Below are positions 49,930 through 58,009 of a DNA stretch of 64,000 nucleotides, piece after piece. Made by a program: the position numbers and the translations under genes. The notes under the pieces were generated by a model, which searched no databases, was not told the origin of the DNA, and was given only the letters and a program-made list of their open reading frames with translations. The stretch comes from Inquilinaceae bacterium (GTDB lineage: Bacteria; Pseudomonadota; Alphaproteobacteria; DSM-16000; Inquilinaceae). How positions within the stretch are numbered: position 1 is the stretch's first letter; each line of letters begins with the position of its first letter. The stretch covers positions 26,994 to 90,993 of the forward strand of contig OZ252296.1 in NCBI GenBank assembly GCA_965250245.1. Reading direction: 5' to 3'.

Positions 49930-50979
49930 ATGCCGGACGATCCCGAGGTGAGGCAACCGGTCGTGTCCTCGGGAGCGCAATGCAAGAGTTCCCTCTTTGG
50001 CGAGAACCTCCGCGCCAAACTCGGACCGGAGATCGAGCAGCTCGAACGGGAGCGCGATGCGTGCAATCAGCTGGTGTCCAGGCGGCTGGGTATCGCCGTC
50101 AAGGTGATCCTTGCCACGACCGTGGCTCCGCCAACCCTGCTCATCGCCTATGGCGTCTTCAGGCGCGGCTTCGGCGTGTTGACGTTCGAGCTTCTGAACG
50201 TGTTCCTTCTCGCGCTCCCCATCGCGCTGGTCCTCGGACTGATCTTCTGGTTATGGGCCAATGAGCCGATCCGCGGATTCGTGGCGTCCTACAAGGCCAC
50301 GATCCTTTCGGCCGTTGCCGAAGCGGCCGGAGGGCTCGAATACGTCCACGACGGCGAGATTCCGATGGAGCGCCTTGAGCCGTCGACGCTGATCCCTGCT
50401 CATGACACCTACGAGTCGGAAGACCTGTTCCGCGGCGAATACAAGGGTGTCGACATCGAGCTTGCCGAGGCCGAGCTGGTGAGGATCGAGACCTATGAAG
50501 ACGACGAGGGAAACATCAAGACGCGGCATATCGTCGTCTTCTCGGGTCTCTTCGCGCTGCTCTCAATGAACAAGCGGTTTTCTGGCCGGACCGTCATTCG
50601 CACCGATATGGGTGCGTTGCTGAATTGGGTGCTCGACGGGTACGCGTCCCTGGAGCAGGTGCGGCTGGAGGACCCGGTCTTCGAGCAAAGGTTCGAAGTC
50701 TTCGCCGACGACCAGATCGAGTCCCGCTATCTGCTTACTCCGGCCTTCATGGAACGGCTCACCGCCGTGGCCGACGATTTCGGCAACGGCTCGATGCAGG
50801 CAGCGTTCTACGACAAGCGGCTGCTGTTGATGATTCCGTTGGTGCACGACCGGTTCGAGCCGCCTGAGATCAGCGTCAGCCTGATGGAAGACAGTGGCGT
50901 GCAGCGATTGGCAGGCGAACTCGGCGACGTGCTGTCGATCGTTGACGCCCTGAAGCTGGATGAACGGACCGGCCTGTGA
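49930..50979 (+). CDS. Two-TM membrane protein, tandem paralog 2
   Basis: 349 aa after a 10-nt gap. It has the same motifs (SEDLFRGEYKGVDIELAE, VFSGLFALLS, LEDPVFEQRFEVFADDQIESRYLLTPAFMERL) and the same ...TGL end as paralog 1. Confidence 0.8.
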   Translation: MPDDPEVRQPVVSSGAQCKSSLFGENLRAKLGPEIEQLERERDACNQLVSRRLGIAVKVILATTVAPPTLLIAYGVFRRGFGVLTFELLNVFLLALPIALVLGLIFWLWANEPIRGFVASYKATILSAVAEAAGGLEYVHDGEIPMERLEPSTLIPAHDTYESEDLFRGEYKGVDIELAEAELVRIETYEDDEGNIKTRHIVVFSGLFALLSMNKRFSGRTVIRTDMGALLNWVLDGYASLEQVRLEDPVFEQRFEVFADDQIESRYLLTPAFMERLTAVADDFGNGSMQAAFYDKRLLLMIPLVHDRFEPPEISVSLMEDSGVQRLAGELGDVLSIVDALKLDERTGL

Positions 50980-50998
50980 TCGGCCCTCGGCATACGTC

Positions 50999-52003
50999 AT
51001 GAAATCCATCGGATCGGGCGGGCCGTCGGGTTCCGCCGAATCGGACCGGATGTTCGGGAGCGCTACGAATGCGGCGAGCTGTCGCGGCGATGCGGCCGAC
51101 ATGCTGTCCGCTTTGGAGCGGTTGCGGCGTGACGGCCTGCGGAAGATCCTTGTGCGGTTGTCGATCGGCGCCGTGTTCGTCGGGGCGATCGCCGCGCTGA
51201 TGATGACTGTCCCGGCCGCCCCGGACATCCTGACGACGCTTGCCGTGTCGGCGGTCGCCGGCCTACTGATTTGGGCCTTTTGGGCGCATGTGCCATTGGG
51301 CGTGTTTCGCGAGTCCTACCAGGCGCGGTTCGTGCCGGAATTGCTGCGGCGCCTGGATGGGTTTCGGTACGAAGGGTCGGGGCGGCTGCCCCTGGAGTGG
51401 ATCTCCGATTCCGACATCGTTCCGGCATGCAACATCTACGACTCCGCGCATATGGTCTCAGGCGTCGGGTCGCGCGCCGGCGTGCAGTTCGCCGAGGCGG
51501 GGCTTACCCGATTTCAGGCGCACAGCCGCCGGTACAGGATCGCAACGACCCATGCTCAGGCCTTTGGCGGCCTCGTGCTGCTGCTGTCGCTTCCCAGGGC
51601 GTTTGCCGGCAAGACCGCGCTGATCCCCGATCCGGGGCCGCTGTTCCGGCTGTTCGGCGACGCTCCGGCCTGGGGAAATCTGGTCGGTCCCAGGCTGAAG
51701 ACGCGACACGGCAACTTCGAGGCCTTCTCGACGGACGCGGCGGAGGCGAAGGCCCTGATCGATCAGCCGCTGGCCGCCCGGCTGGCGGGTTGCGCGGCGG
51801 CGCTGGGCGGGGGCAAGGTCCGGCTGGCATGGTTTGATGCGCAGATCCTGTTGCTGTTGCCGCTCGAACATCGGCTGTTCGACGCGCCGTCGATCGTTTG
51901 GAGCGTCGACCCGGACGCGGTGCGGACCCGCGTCGAACGCGACGTCAGCACGATCGTCGAGATGGCTGAGTTGCTGCGCACCCGGGCAGAGTCGATCCAT
52001 TGA
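50999..52003 (+). CDS. Two-TM membrane protein, tandem paralog 3 (diverged)
   Basis: 335 aa from ATG 50999. It retains the architecture and the motifs FGGLVLLLSL and WFDAQILLLLPLEHRLFDAPS. The SED..F.G motif is eroded. Confidence 0.7.
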   Translation: MKSIGSGGPSGSAESDRMFGSATNAASCRGDAADMLSALERLRRDGLRKILVRLSIGAVFVGAIAALMMTVPAAPDILTTLAVSAVAGLLIWAFWAHVPLGVFRESYQARFVPELLRRLDGFRYEGSGRLPLEWISDSDIVPACNIYDSAHMVSGVGSRAGVQFAEAGLTRFQAHSRRYRIATTHAQAFGGLVLLLSLPRAFAGKTALIPDPGPLFRLFGDAPAWGNLVGPRLKTRHGNFEAFSTDAAEAKALIDQPLAARLAGCAAALGGGKVRLAWFDAQILLLLPLEHRLFDAPSIVWSVDPDAVRTRVERDVSTIVEMAELLRTRAESIH

Positions 52004-52135
52004 TCGGCTAGCCGGCCTTTGCAGCCGGCTTCCCGGCCCCTAGCCTGGGCCGATGACACGCATTCCCTTCGACGCCGAACCGGTGCTGCCGGGTGCCGGG
52101 TGCCGCCCGGGAAATCGCCGGTGGTGAACAGCGGC

Positions 52136-53125
52136 ATGTCGATCGTCCCAAAGCGGCGGCGGCGACCGAAGGTCGGGCCGCCGCGCGTGCCGTTCGGCGA
52201 GCAACCCGACGATGAGCGGTTCGGCGCCGTCATCCAGATCGCGGAAACCTTCCGCAAGGCCGCCAGGATGGCGATGGCCATGCGCCTGCTGGTCCTTGGC
52301 GCGCTCATCGTGCTGGTGATCTTCGCCCTGATGACGCTCATGGAGGCCGTGGACTCGAACAAATGGGGTCAGGCGCTGACCTTCGTGCTCGGCCCGATCC
52401 TGGCGATCTCGGCCGGCATCGCGCTTTGGGAGTTGTGGCTGCGCCGGCCGCTGATCGCCTATCGCAGGGAATTCAAGGCCCTGGTCATGCCGATGGTCGC
52501 GGCCCATTTCGGCGACTTCCGATACGATCCGGATGGTTACATGGCGTCGGGCGATCTGCAGCGGTCGGGGGTCGTACCGGAATATCGCTTCCAGCAGTCC
52601 GAGGACCATTTCAGGGGCGAGTATGGCGGCGTCGGCATCGAGTTCGCCGACGTGACGCTGTCGCAGCCGGGGCGGAACCATCCAGTCCATGTGTTCCAGG
52701 GCCTGTGCGTCAGGATCGCCGCCTGGAAGCGTTTGGACGGCGAGGTCCTGCTGCTGCGGCAACCGGAGTCCGACGCCGATTGCGGGATCGAGCCGCCGGC
52801 CGAACTGGGCCGCGTCGAGACGGCCGCCGATGGGGGATTTGCGCTCTACGCTTCGGAGGATGCCGAGGCCGTCCGGCTTGTGACGCCGGAGTTGACCGAA
52901 TGGCTGGCGGCCCTGGCGGATGGCCTTGGCGACGGCAGCGTGCGGGCCGCCTTCCACGGCGGTGGCCTGTTCGTCGCGGTGCCAGCCGATCTCGACCTGT
53001 TCGAGCCGCCGCCGATGTCGCGCAGCCTGAACCGGTACTCAGGACTTCGTGTGCTGGCGGGCCAGTTCGCGGCGATCATGCGGATCGTCGATGTGCTGAA
53101 GTCCGACCCGAACGCCCCGTTCTAG
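52136..53125 (+). CDS. Two-TM membrane protein, tandem paralog 4 (diverged)
   Basis: 329 aa from ATG 52136 (the ORF opens at 52019). Motifs: SEDHFRGEYGGVGIEFAD, VFQGLCV, LVTPELTEWL and AAFHGGGLFVAVP..LFEPP. Confidence 0.7.
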   Translation: MSIVPKRRRRPKVGPPRVPFGEQPDDERFGAVIQIAETFRKAARMAMAMRLLVLGALIVLVIFALMTLMEAVDSNKWGQALTFVLGPILAISAGIALWELWLRRPLIAYRREFKALVMPMVAAHFGDFRYDPDGYMASGDLQRSGVVPEYRFQQSEDHFRGEYGGVGIEFADVTLSQPGRNHPVHVFQGLCVRIAAWKRLDGEVLLLRQPESDADCGIEPPAELGRVETAADGGFALYASEDAEAVRLVTPELTEWLAALADGLGDGSVRAAFHGGGLFVAVPADLDLFEPPPMSRSLNRYSGLRVLAGQFAAIMRIVDVLKSDPNAPF

Positions 53126-53169
53126 GCGCCGGGCTTTGCAACGGGGCCTCCGCACCCTAGCTTAGCGCC

Positions 53170-55014
53170 ATGGCCCGTACGCCGATCACCCCGGACAGCC
53201 CGCAGCCAACCGGCGATCTTCGCGTCCTGTCATCGCTCGGACCGTATCTGTGGCCGAAGGGCGAGTGGGAGATGCGCATCCGGGTGGTCGTGGCCATCGC
53301 CTTCCTGGTCTCCGCCAAGCTGGCGAATGTCTATGTGCCGATCCTCTACAAGCAGGCGATCGACGCGCTGAACCCGACCGAAAACCTGGCCGTGGCGGTG
53401 CCGTTGGGCATCATCCTGGCCTATGGGCTGGCACGGGTGCTGAGCCTGGCCTTCGCCGAGCTGCGCGACGCGGTGTTCGCCAAGGTGGCGCAGCGGGCGA
53501 TCCGCAAGGTCGCGCTGTCGATCTTCCGGCACCTGCACGCGCTGTCGCTGCGCTTCCACCTGGAACGCCAGACCGGCGGGCTGAACCGGGCCATCGAGCG
53601 CGGCACCAAGGGCATCGAGACCCTGCTGTCCTTCATGCTGTTCAACATCCTGCCGACGCTGCTGGAGATCACCCTGGTGGCGGTGATCCTGTGGCAGCTG
53701 TTCGACATCTGGTTCTCGCTGGTCACCCTGGTCACCGTCATCCTCTATATCGGCTTCACCATGTGGGTGACGGAATGGCGGCTGAAGTTCAGGCGCCAGA
53801 TGAACCTGAATGACCAGGAGGCCAACACAAAGGCGATCGACAGCCTGCTGAACTTCGAGACTGTGAAGTATTTCGGCAACGAGGCGCACGAGGCGCGGCG
53901 TTTCGACAGCGCCCTGGTGGAATACGAGACGGCGGCGGTGAAGAGCCGGTCGTCGCTGTCGCTGCTCAACATCGGCCAGGCGGTCATCATCTCGGTCGGC
54001 CTGACCGGGGTCATGTTCATGGCCGGGCGCGGCATCGTTGCCGGCCAGATGACCATCGGCGATTTCGTGCTGGTGAACACCTATCTGATGCAGCTCTACC
54101 AGCCGCTCAACTTCTTCGGCTTCGTCTACCGCGAGATCAAGCAGAGCCTGGCGGATATGGAGCAGATGTTCGACCTGCTGGGCGTCTCCGCCGAAGTCCA
54201 GGACGCACCGGGCGCGCCGCCGCTGGACGTGAATGGCGGAGCGGTCGCATTCGAGGAGGTGCATTTTGGCTATGATTCGAGGCGTCCGATCCTCAAGGGC
54301 GTCTCCTTCGAGGTGCCGCCGGGCAAGACCGTCGCCATCGTCGGACCGACCGGGGCCGGCAAGTCGACCATCAGCCGGCTGCTGTTCCGCTTCTACAACG
54401 CCAATGAAGGCCGGGTGACGATCGACGGCCAGGACGTGACCGAGGTGACCCAGGCCAGCCTGCGCGCCACCATCGGAATCGTTCCCCAGGACACCGTGCT
54501 GTTCAACGACACCATCTACTACAACATCTCGTATGGCCGCCCCGGGGCCTCGCCGGCGGAGATCGAGGAGGCGGCGCGGCTGGCCCGGATCCACGATTTC
54601 GTCATGGGCCTGCCGGACGGCTACGAGACCCGGGTCGGCGAGCGCGGGCTGAAGCTCTCCGGCGGCGAGAAGCAGCGGGTGGCGATCGCCCGCACGATCC
54701 TGAAGCAGCCCGCGATCCTGCTGTTCGACGAGGCGACCTCGGCGCTCGACACCCACACAGAGCGCGAGATCCAGGCCAATCTGCGCGAGGTCAGCACCGG
54801 CCGCACGACCCTGGTCATCGCCCACCGCCTGTCCACGGTGATCGACGCCGACGAGATCATCGTGCTGGAGGAGGGCCGCATCGCCGAACGCGGCCGCCAC
54901 GCCGACCTGCTGGCCCGCGACGGCGCCTATGCCGCCCTGTGGCGCCGCCAGCAGGAGGCGGCGGAGCGCGGGGTGGCGGCCGTGGCTGTGGCGCCGGCTA
55001 TCGAACCGACCTGA
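53170..55014 (+). CDS. ABC transporter, fused permease/ATPase, ATM1/HMT1-type exporter
   Basis: 614 aa with a 6-TM domain plus NBD (GPTGAGKST, LSGGEKQRVAIAR, LLFDEATSALD). Confidence 0.92.
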   Translation: MARTPITPDSPQPTGDLRVLSSLGPYLWPKGEWEMRIRVVVAIAFLVSAKLANVYVPILYKQAIDALNPTENLAVAVPLGIILAYGLARVLSLAFAELRDAVFAKVAQRAIRKVALSIFRHLHALSLRFHLERQTGGLNRAIERGTKGIETLLSFMLFNILPTLLEITLVAVILWQLFDIWFSLVTLVTVILYIGFTMWVTEWRLKFRRQMNLNDQEANTKAIDSLLNFETVKYFGNEAHEARRFDSALVEYETAAVKSRSSLSLLNIGQAVIISVGLTGVMFMAGRGIVAGQMTIGDFVLVNTYLMQLYQPLNFFGFVYREIKQSLADMEQMFDLLGVSAEVQDAPGAPPLDVNGGAVAFEEVHFGYDSRRPILKGVSFEVPPGKTVAIVGPTGAGKSTISRLLFRFYNANEGRVTIDGQDVTEVTQASLRATIGIVPQDTVLFNDTIYYNISYGRPGASPAEIEEAARLARIHDFVMGLPDGYETRVGERGLKLSGGEKQRVAIARTILKQPAILLFDEATSALDTHTEREIQANLREVSTGRTTLVIAHRLSTVIDADEIIVLEEGRIAERGRHADLLARDGAYAALWRRQQEAAERGVAAVAVAPAIEPT

Positions 55015-55067
55015 CAGCGCCGGCGGCCAGCCTGGCGCTGCCCTCGCCCGGCTCGCTTTCGCTCGCC

Positions 55068-55090
55068 ACCCTCTCCCAGGGGGAGAGGGT
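55068..55090. repeat. REP hairpin ACCCTCTCCC-AGG-GGGAGAGGGT
   Basis: Perfect 10-bp stem. A degenerate second copy (CCCTCTCCCGCTGGGAGTGGG) lies about 40 nt downstream. Intergenic, after the ABC exporter. Confidence 0.8.
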
Positions 55091-55222
55091 TGCCGAAGCC
55101 GCCGCTGAAACCCTCTCCCGCTGGGAGTGGGTGGGCTGCCGCAGGCAGACCGGGTGAGGGCAGGGCCGGTTTGCACCCTCCGCGCACCTTGCCCTTGCTG
55201 CGCACCGCTGTAGGCTGCCGCC

Positions 55223-56227
55223 ATGTCCAAAGCGGCCGAATCGAAGGAACAGCGTGCCCTTGCGGAGCAGGTGCTGTCCGGCGACCGCCGTGCCCTCGCG
55301 CGGGCGATCACGCTGATCGAATCGACCCGGACAGACCATCGGCGCGCCGCCGAGGCGCTGCTGGAGCATCTGGTGCCGAAGGCCGGGAATTCGGTCCGGC
55401 TCGGCATCTCCGGCGTGCCGGGCGTGGGCAAATCCACCTTCATCGAGGTGTTCGGGCTGGATGCCATCGACCGTGGCCATCGGGTCGCGGTGCTGGCGGT
55501 CGACCCCTCCTCGAAACGCTCCGGCGGCTCGATCCTGGGCGACAAGACCCGCATGGAGATGCTGGCGCGGAACGAGGCGGCCTTCATCCGGCCGTCGCCG
55601 ACCGGCGGCACGCTGGGCGGCGTCGCGCGACGGACGCGGGAGGCGATGCTGGCCTGTGAGGCCGCCGGGTTCGACGTCGTGATCGTTGAGACGGTCGGCG
55701 TCGGCCAGTCGGAGGCCGCCGTCGCCGACATGGTCGATTTGTTCATGCTGCTGCTGTTGCCCGGCGCCGGCGACGAGCTGCAGGGCATCAAGCGCGGCAT
55801 CGTCGAGCTGGCCGACCTGGTGGTGGTGAACAAGTCGGATGGCGACCTGGTCGCCGCCGCCAACCACGCGGCGGCGGAGTATCGCCACGCGCTGACCCTG
55901 CTGCGACCGCCGGTCGAGGGCTGGCATGTGCCTGTACTGCAGGTCTCCGCCGCCGAGAAGCGCGGCATCGACGATGTCTGGCGGGCGGTCGGCGACTATC
56001 GCGACGCGATGACCAAGTCCGGTGCCTGGGCCAACCGCCGCTCCCGGCAGGCCACGAGCTGGATGTGGGGCGAGATCGAGGAGGGGCTCGCGGAACGGTT
56101 CCGCGACGATCCTTCTGTCCGGTCAGCGTTGGCGGGGCTGGAGAAAAAGGTGGCGGACGGCAAGCTTACGCCGACCGCGGCGGCTCAGGACCTTCTCGGG
56201 CGGTTCCTGAAGGGCGGGAAGGGCTGA
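55223..56227 (+). CDS. meaB: Methylmalonyl-CoA mutase-associated GTPase (G3E family)
   Basis: 334 aa with P-loop GVPGVGKST, NKSD, and the ArgK/MeaB pattern (SPTGGTLGGV...ETVGVGQSE). Confidence 0.93.
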   Translation: MSKAAESKEQRALAEQVLSGDRRALARAITLIESTRTDHRRAAEALLEHLVPKAGNSVRLGISGVPGVGKSTFIEVFGLDAIDRGHRVAVLAVDPSSKRSGGSILGDKTRMEMLARNEAAFIRPSPTGGTLGGVARRTREAMLACEAAGFDVVIVETVGVGQSEAAVADMVDLFMLLLLPGAGDELQGIKRGIVELADLVVVNKSDGDLVAAANHAAAEYRHALTLLRPPVEGWHVPVLQVSAAEKRGIDDVWRAVGDYRDAMTKSGAWANRRSRQATSWMWGEIEEGLAERFRDDPSVRSALAGLEKKVADGKLTPTAAAQDLLGRFLKGGKG

Positions 56228-56244
56228 CCCTCACATCATTCACG

Positions 56245-56277
56245 GCGTCGTCCCCGGATCAAGTCCGGGGACGACGC
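56245..56277. terminator. 14-bp-stem REP hairpin between convergent genes (bidirectional terminator candidate)
   Basis: GCGTCGTCCCCGGA-TCAAG-TCCGGGGACGACGC. It has the same core as the 8038/8123 units. It sits between the meaB stop (56227) and the stop of the minus-strand gene (56293). Confidence 0.6.
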
Positions 56278-56292
56278 AGGGGAGATCAAGGG

Positions 56293-57027
56293 CTAGCCCA
56301 GATGCTGGGCCAATAGGTCCTCGTAAAGCGGCCGGCTCCGGTCGGCCAGATCCTCGAGGTCCGGTGACAGGTCGGGCGCGTCCGCCTCCGGCTGCTGGAA
56401 GCCGCTGGAACGCTCCACGGCGTGGTACCAGTACTTCGCCCAGATGCCGTCGGTCGGGCGGGGGCCGGCCGGCCAGGCCAGCATGCGGTCGTCGAAATCC
56501 AGGCCCAGGACAGCGCAGAGGCGGCCGAGCACGCCGGCCGGGTCGGCCAGCACGCGGGCGGCATCGATGACCGGCGGCGTCTTGCCGGTCAGGCGGTGCA
56601 CGGTTTCGAACAGGGCGCGCTGCCGTTCGATGCCGATATCTTCGGCGGTGGCCGTGCCGCGCTTCCTGGCATAGGAGGCGATGACGGCGCGCGGGTCTCG
56701 GATCAGGAAGACGTTGGCGAGGCCGGCCAGCCAGTCCTCGTCCATGCCCGGCAGCATATGGTGGGTCATGTGCTTCTGGTAGAAGACCGGCTTGCCGCCG
56801 GGGACCGGGCCGGTGAGCTGGTCGACCACCCGGCGCCAATCGGTCTCGTAGGCGGAGACGATCTCGTCGCGGCCCGGATGGTCGGAGCCGGTGGTGGCCA
56901 GGTAATGGGCGTAGAAAGGCTCGTCGATCACGGCCGTGTCGGGCCGGTTCTCCCAGGCCCGCATCATGGCGGTGGAGATGTTGCGCGGCCCCGACCACAT
57001 GGCGATGCGCAAAGGGGCGTCGGTCAT
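56293..57027 (-). CDS. Sulfotransferase-like (P-loop-related) family protein
   Basis: 244 aa from ATG 57027, which overlaps the upstream stop as ATGA. Motif MWSGPRNISTAMMRAW...DEPFYAHYL. The ORF also opens at GTG 57039. Confidence 0.7.
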   Translation of the reverse strand: MTDAPLRIAMWSGPRNISTAMMRAWENRPDTAVIDEPFYAHYLATTGSDHPGRDEIVSAYETDWRRVVDQLTGPVPGGKPVFYQKHMTHHMLPGMDEDWLAGLANVFLIRDPRAVIASYARKRGTATAEDIGIERQRALFETVHRLTGKTPPVIDAARVLADPAGVLGRLCAVLGLDFDDRMLAWPAGPRPTDGIWAKYWYHAVERSSGFQQPEADAPDLSPDLEDLADRSRPLYEDLLAQHLG

Positions 57028-57941
57028 GCCGGCGGGCACTCTTCGTCCAGCAGCGCCCGGTAGTGCCCGGCCAGGCGGGCCACCATTGGGCCGGGCTCGC
57101 CGGAGCCGATCGTCCGCCCGTCGACCTGGGTGACCGGCACGACGCCCGCGAAGGTGCCGGTGACGAAGGCCTCTTCGGCGCTATAGACCTGGGTCAGCGA
57201 GAAGTCCTTTTCCAAGACCGGGATACCGTGGCGGCGGCAGAGATCGATCACGTTCTGCCGGGTGATGCCGAGCAGGCAGTAGTTCCCGGTGGAGGTCCAC
57301 ACCTCGCCCTTGCGCACGATGAAGAAATGGGTCGAGTTGCAGGTCGCCACGAAGCCCTGCGGGTCCAGCATCAGCGCCTCGTCGGCACCGGCCTTGGCGG
57401 CCTGGATGCAGGCGGCGATGCAGTTCAGCTTGCTGTGGGAGTTCCACTTGGGGTCCTGCACATCCGGCGGGCCGCGGCGGATATGGGTGGTGAACAGGCT
57501 CAAGCCCCGTTCGGAGATCGCCGGGTCGGCGGTCTTGTGCTCGGCGATGATCACCACCGTCGGGTCGCCGATGGTGACGCGCGGGTCCTGGTACGGCGTC
57601 GCCTTGATGCCGCGGGTGACCATCAGCCGGATGTGCACGCCGCCGGTCATGTTGTTCGCCTCGACGCAGCGATGGAGCGCCGCCGTCATCTCCTCCCGGC
57701 TCATCCCGATATCGAGGTCGATCGCCTTGGCGCCCTCGTAGAGCCGGTCGAGATGGGAGTCGAGGAAGGCGAAGGCGCCGTTGTGCAGGCGGATGCCCTC
57801 CCAGACCCCGTCGCCCAGCACGAAACCGCTGTCGAAGACCGAGACGCTGGCCTCCGCGCGCGGGACGAGGTCGCCATTCACCGAGACCAGGATGTCCCGG
57901 TTGCGCGGGTCGTCGAGGTATTCATGGGTGCCGGTGCTCAT
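57024..57941 (-). CDS. Class-IV aminotransferase (BCAT / D-amino-acid aminotransferase-like)
   Basis: 306 aa from ATG 57941, with SVFDSGFVLGDGVWEGIRL..., a fold-type IV pattern. Confidence 0.85.
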   Translation of the reverse strand: MSTGTHEYLDDPRNRDILVSVNGDLVPRAEASVSVFDSGFVLGDGVWEGIRLHNGAFAFLDSHLDRLYEGAKAIDLDIGMSREEMTAALHRCVEANNMTGGVHIRLMVTRGIKATPYQDPRVTIGDPTVVIIAEHKTADPAISERGLSLFTTHIRRGPPDVQDPKWNSHSKLNCIAACIQAAKAGADEALMLDPQGFVATCNSTHFFIVRKGEVWTSTGNYCLLGITRQNVIDLCRRHGIPVLEKDFSLTQVYSAEEAFVTGTFAGVVPVTQVDGRTIGSGEPGPMVARLAGHYRALLDEECPPA

Positions 57942-58009
57942 CGGGCGCGCCGTCGGATTGCGGGACGCGGGATAGTGCCCGATCGCGGCCGGCGCCGCCA
58001 GTTGGACGA

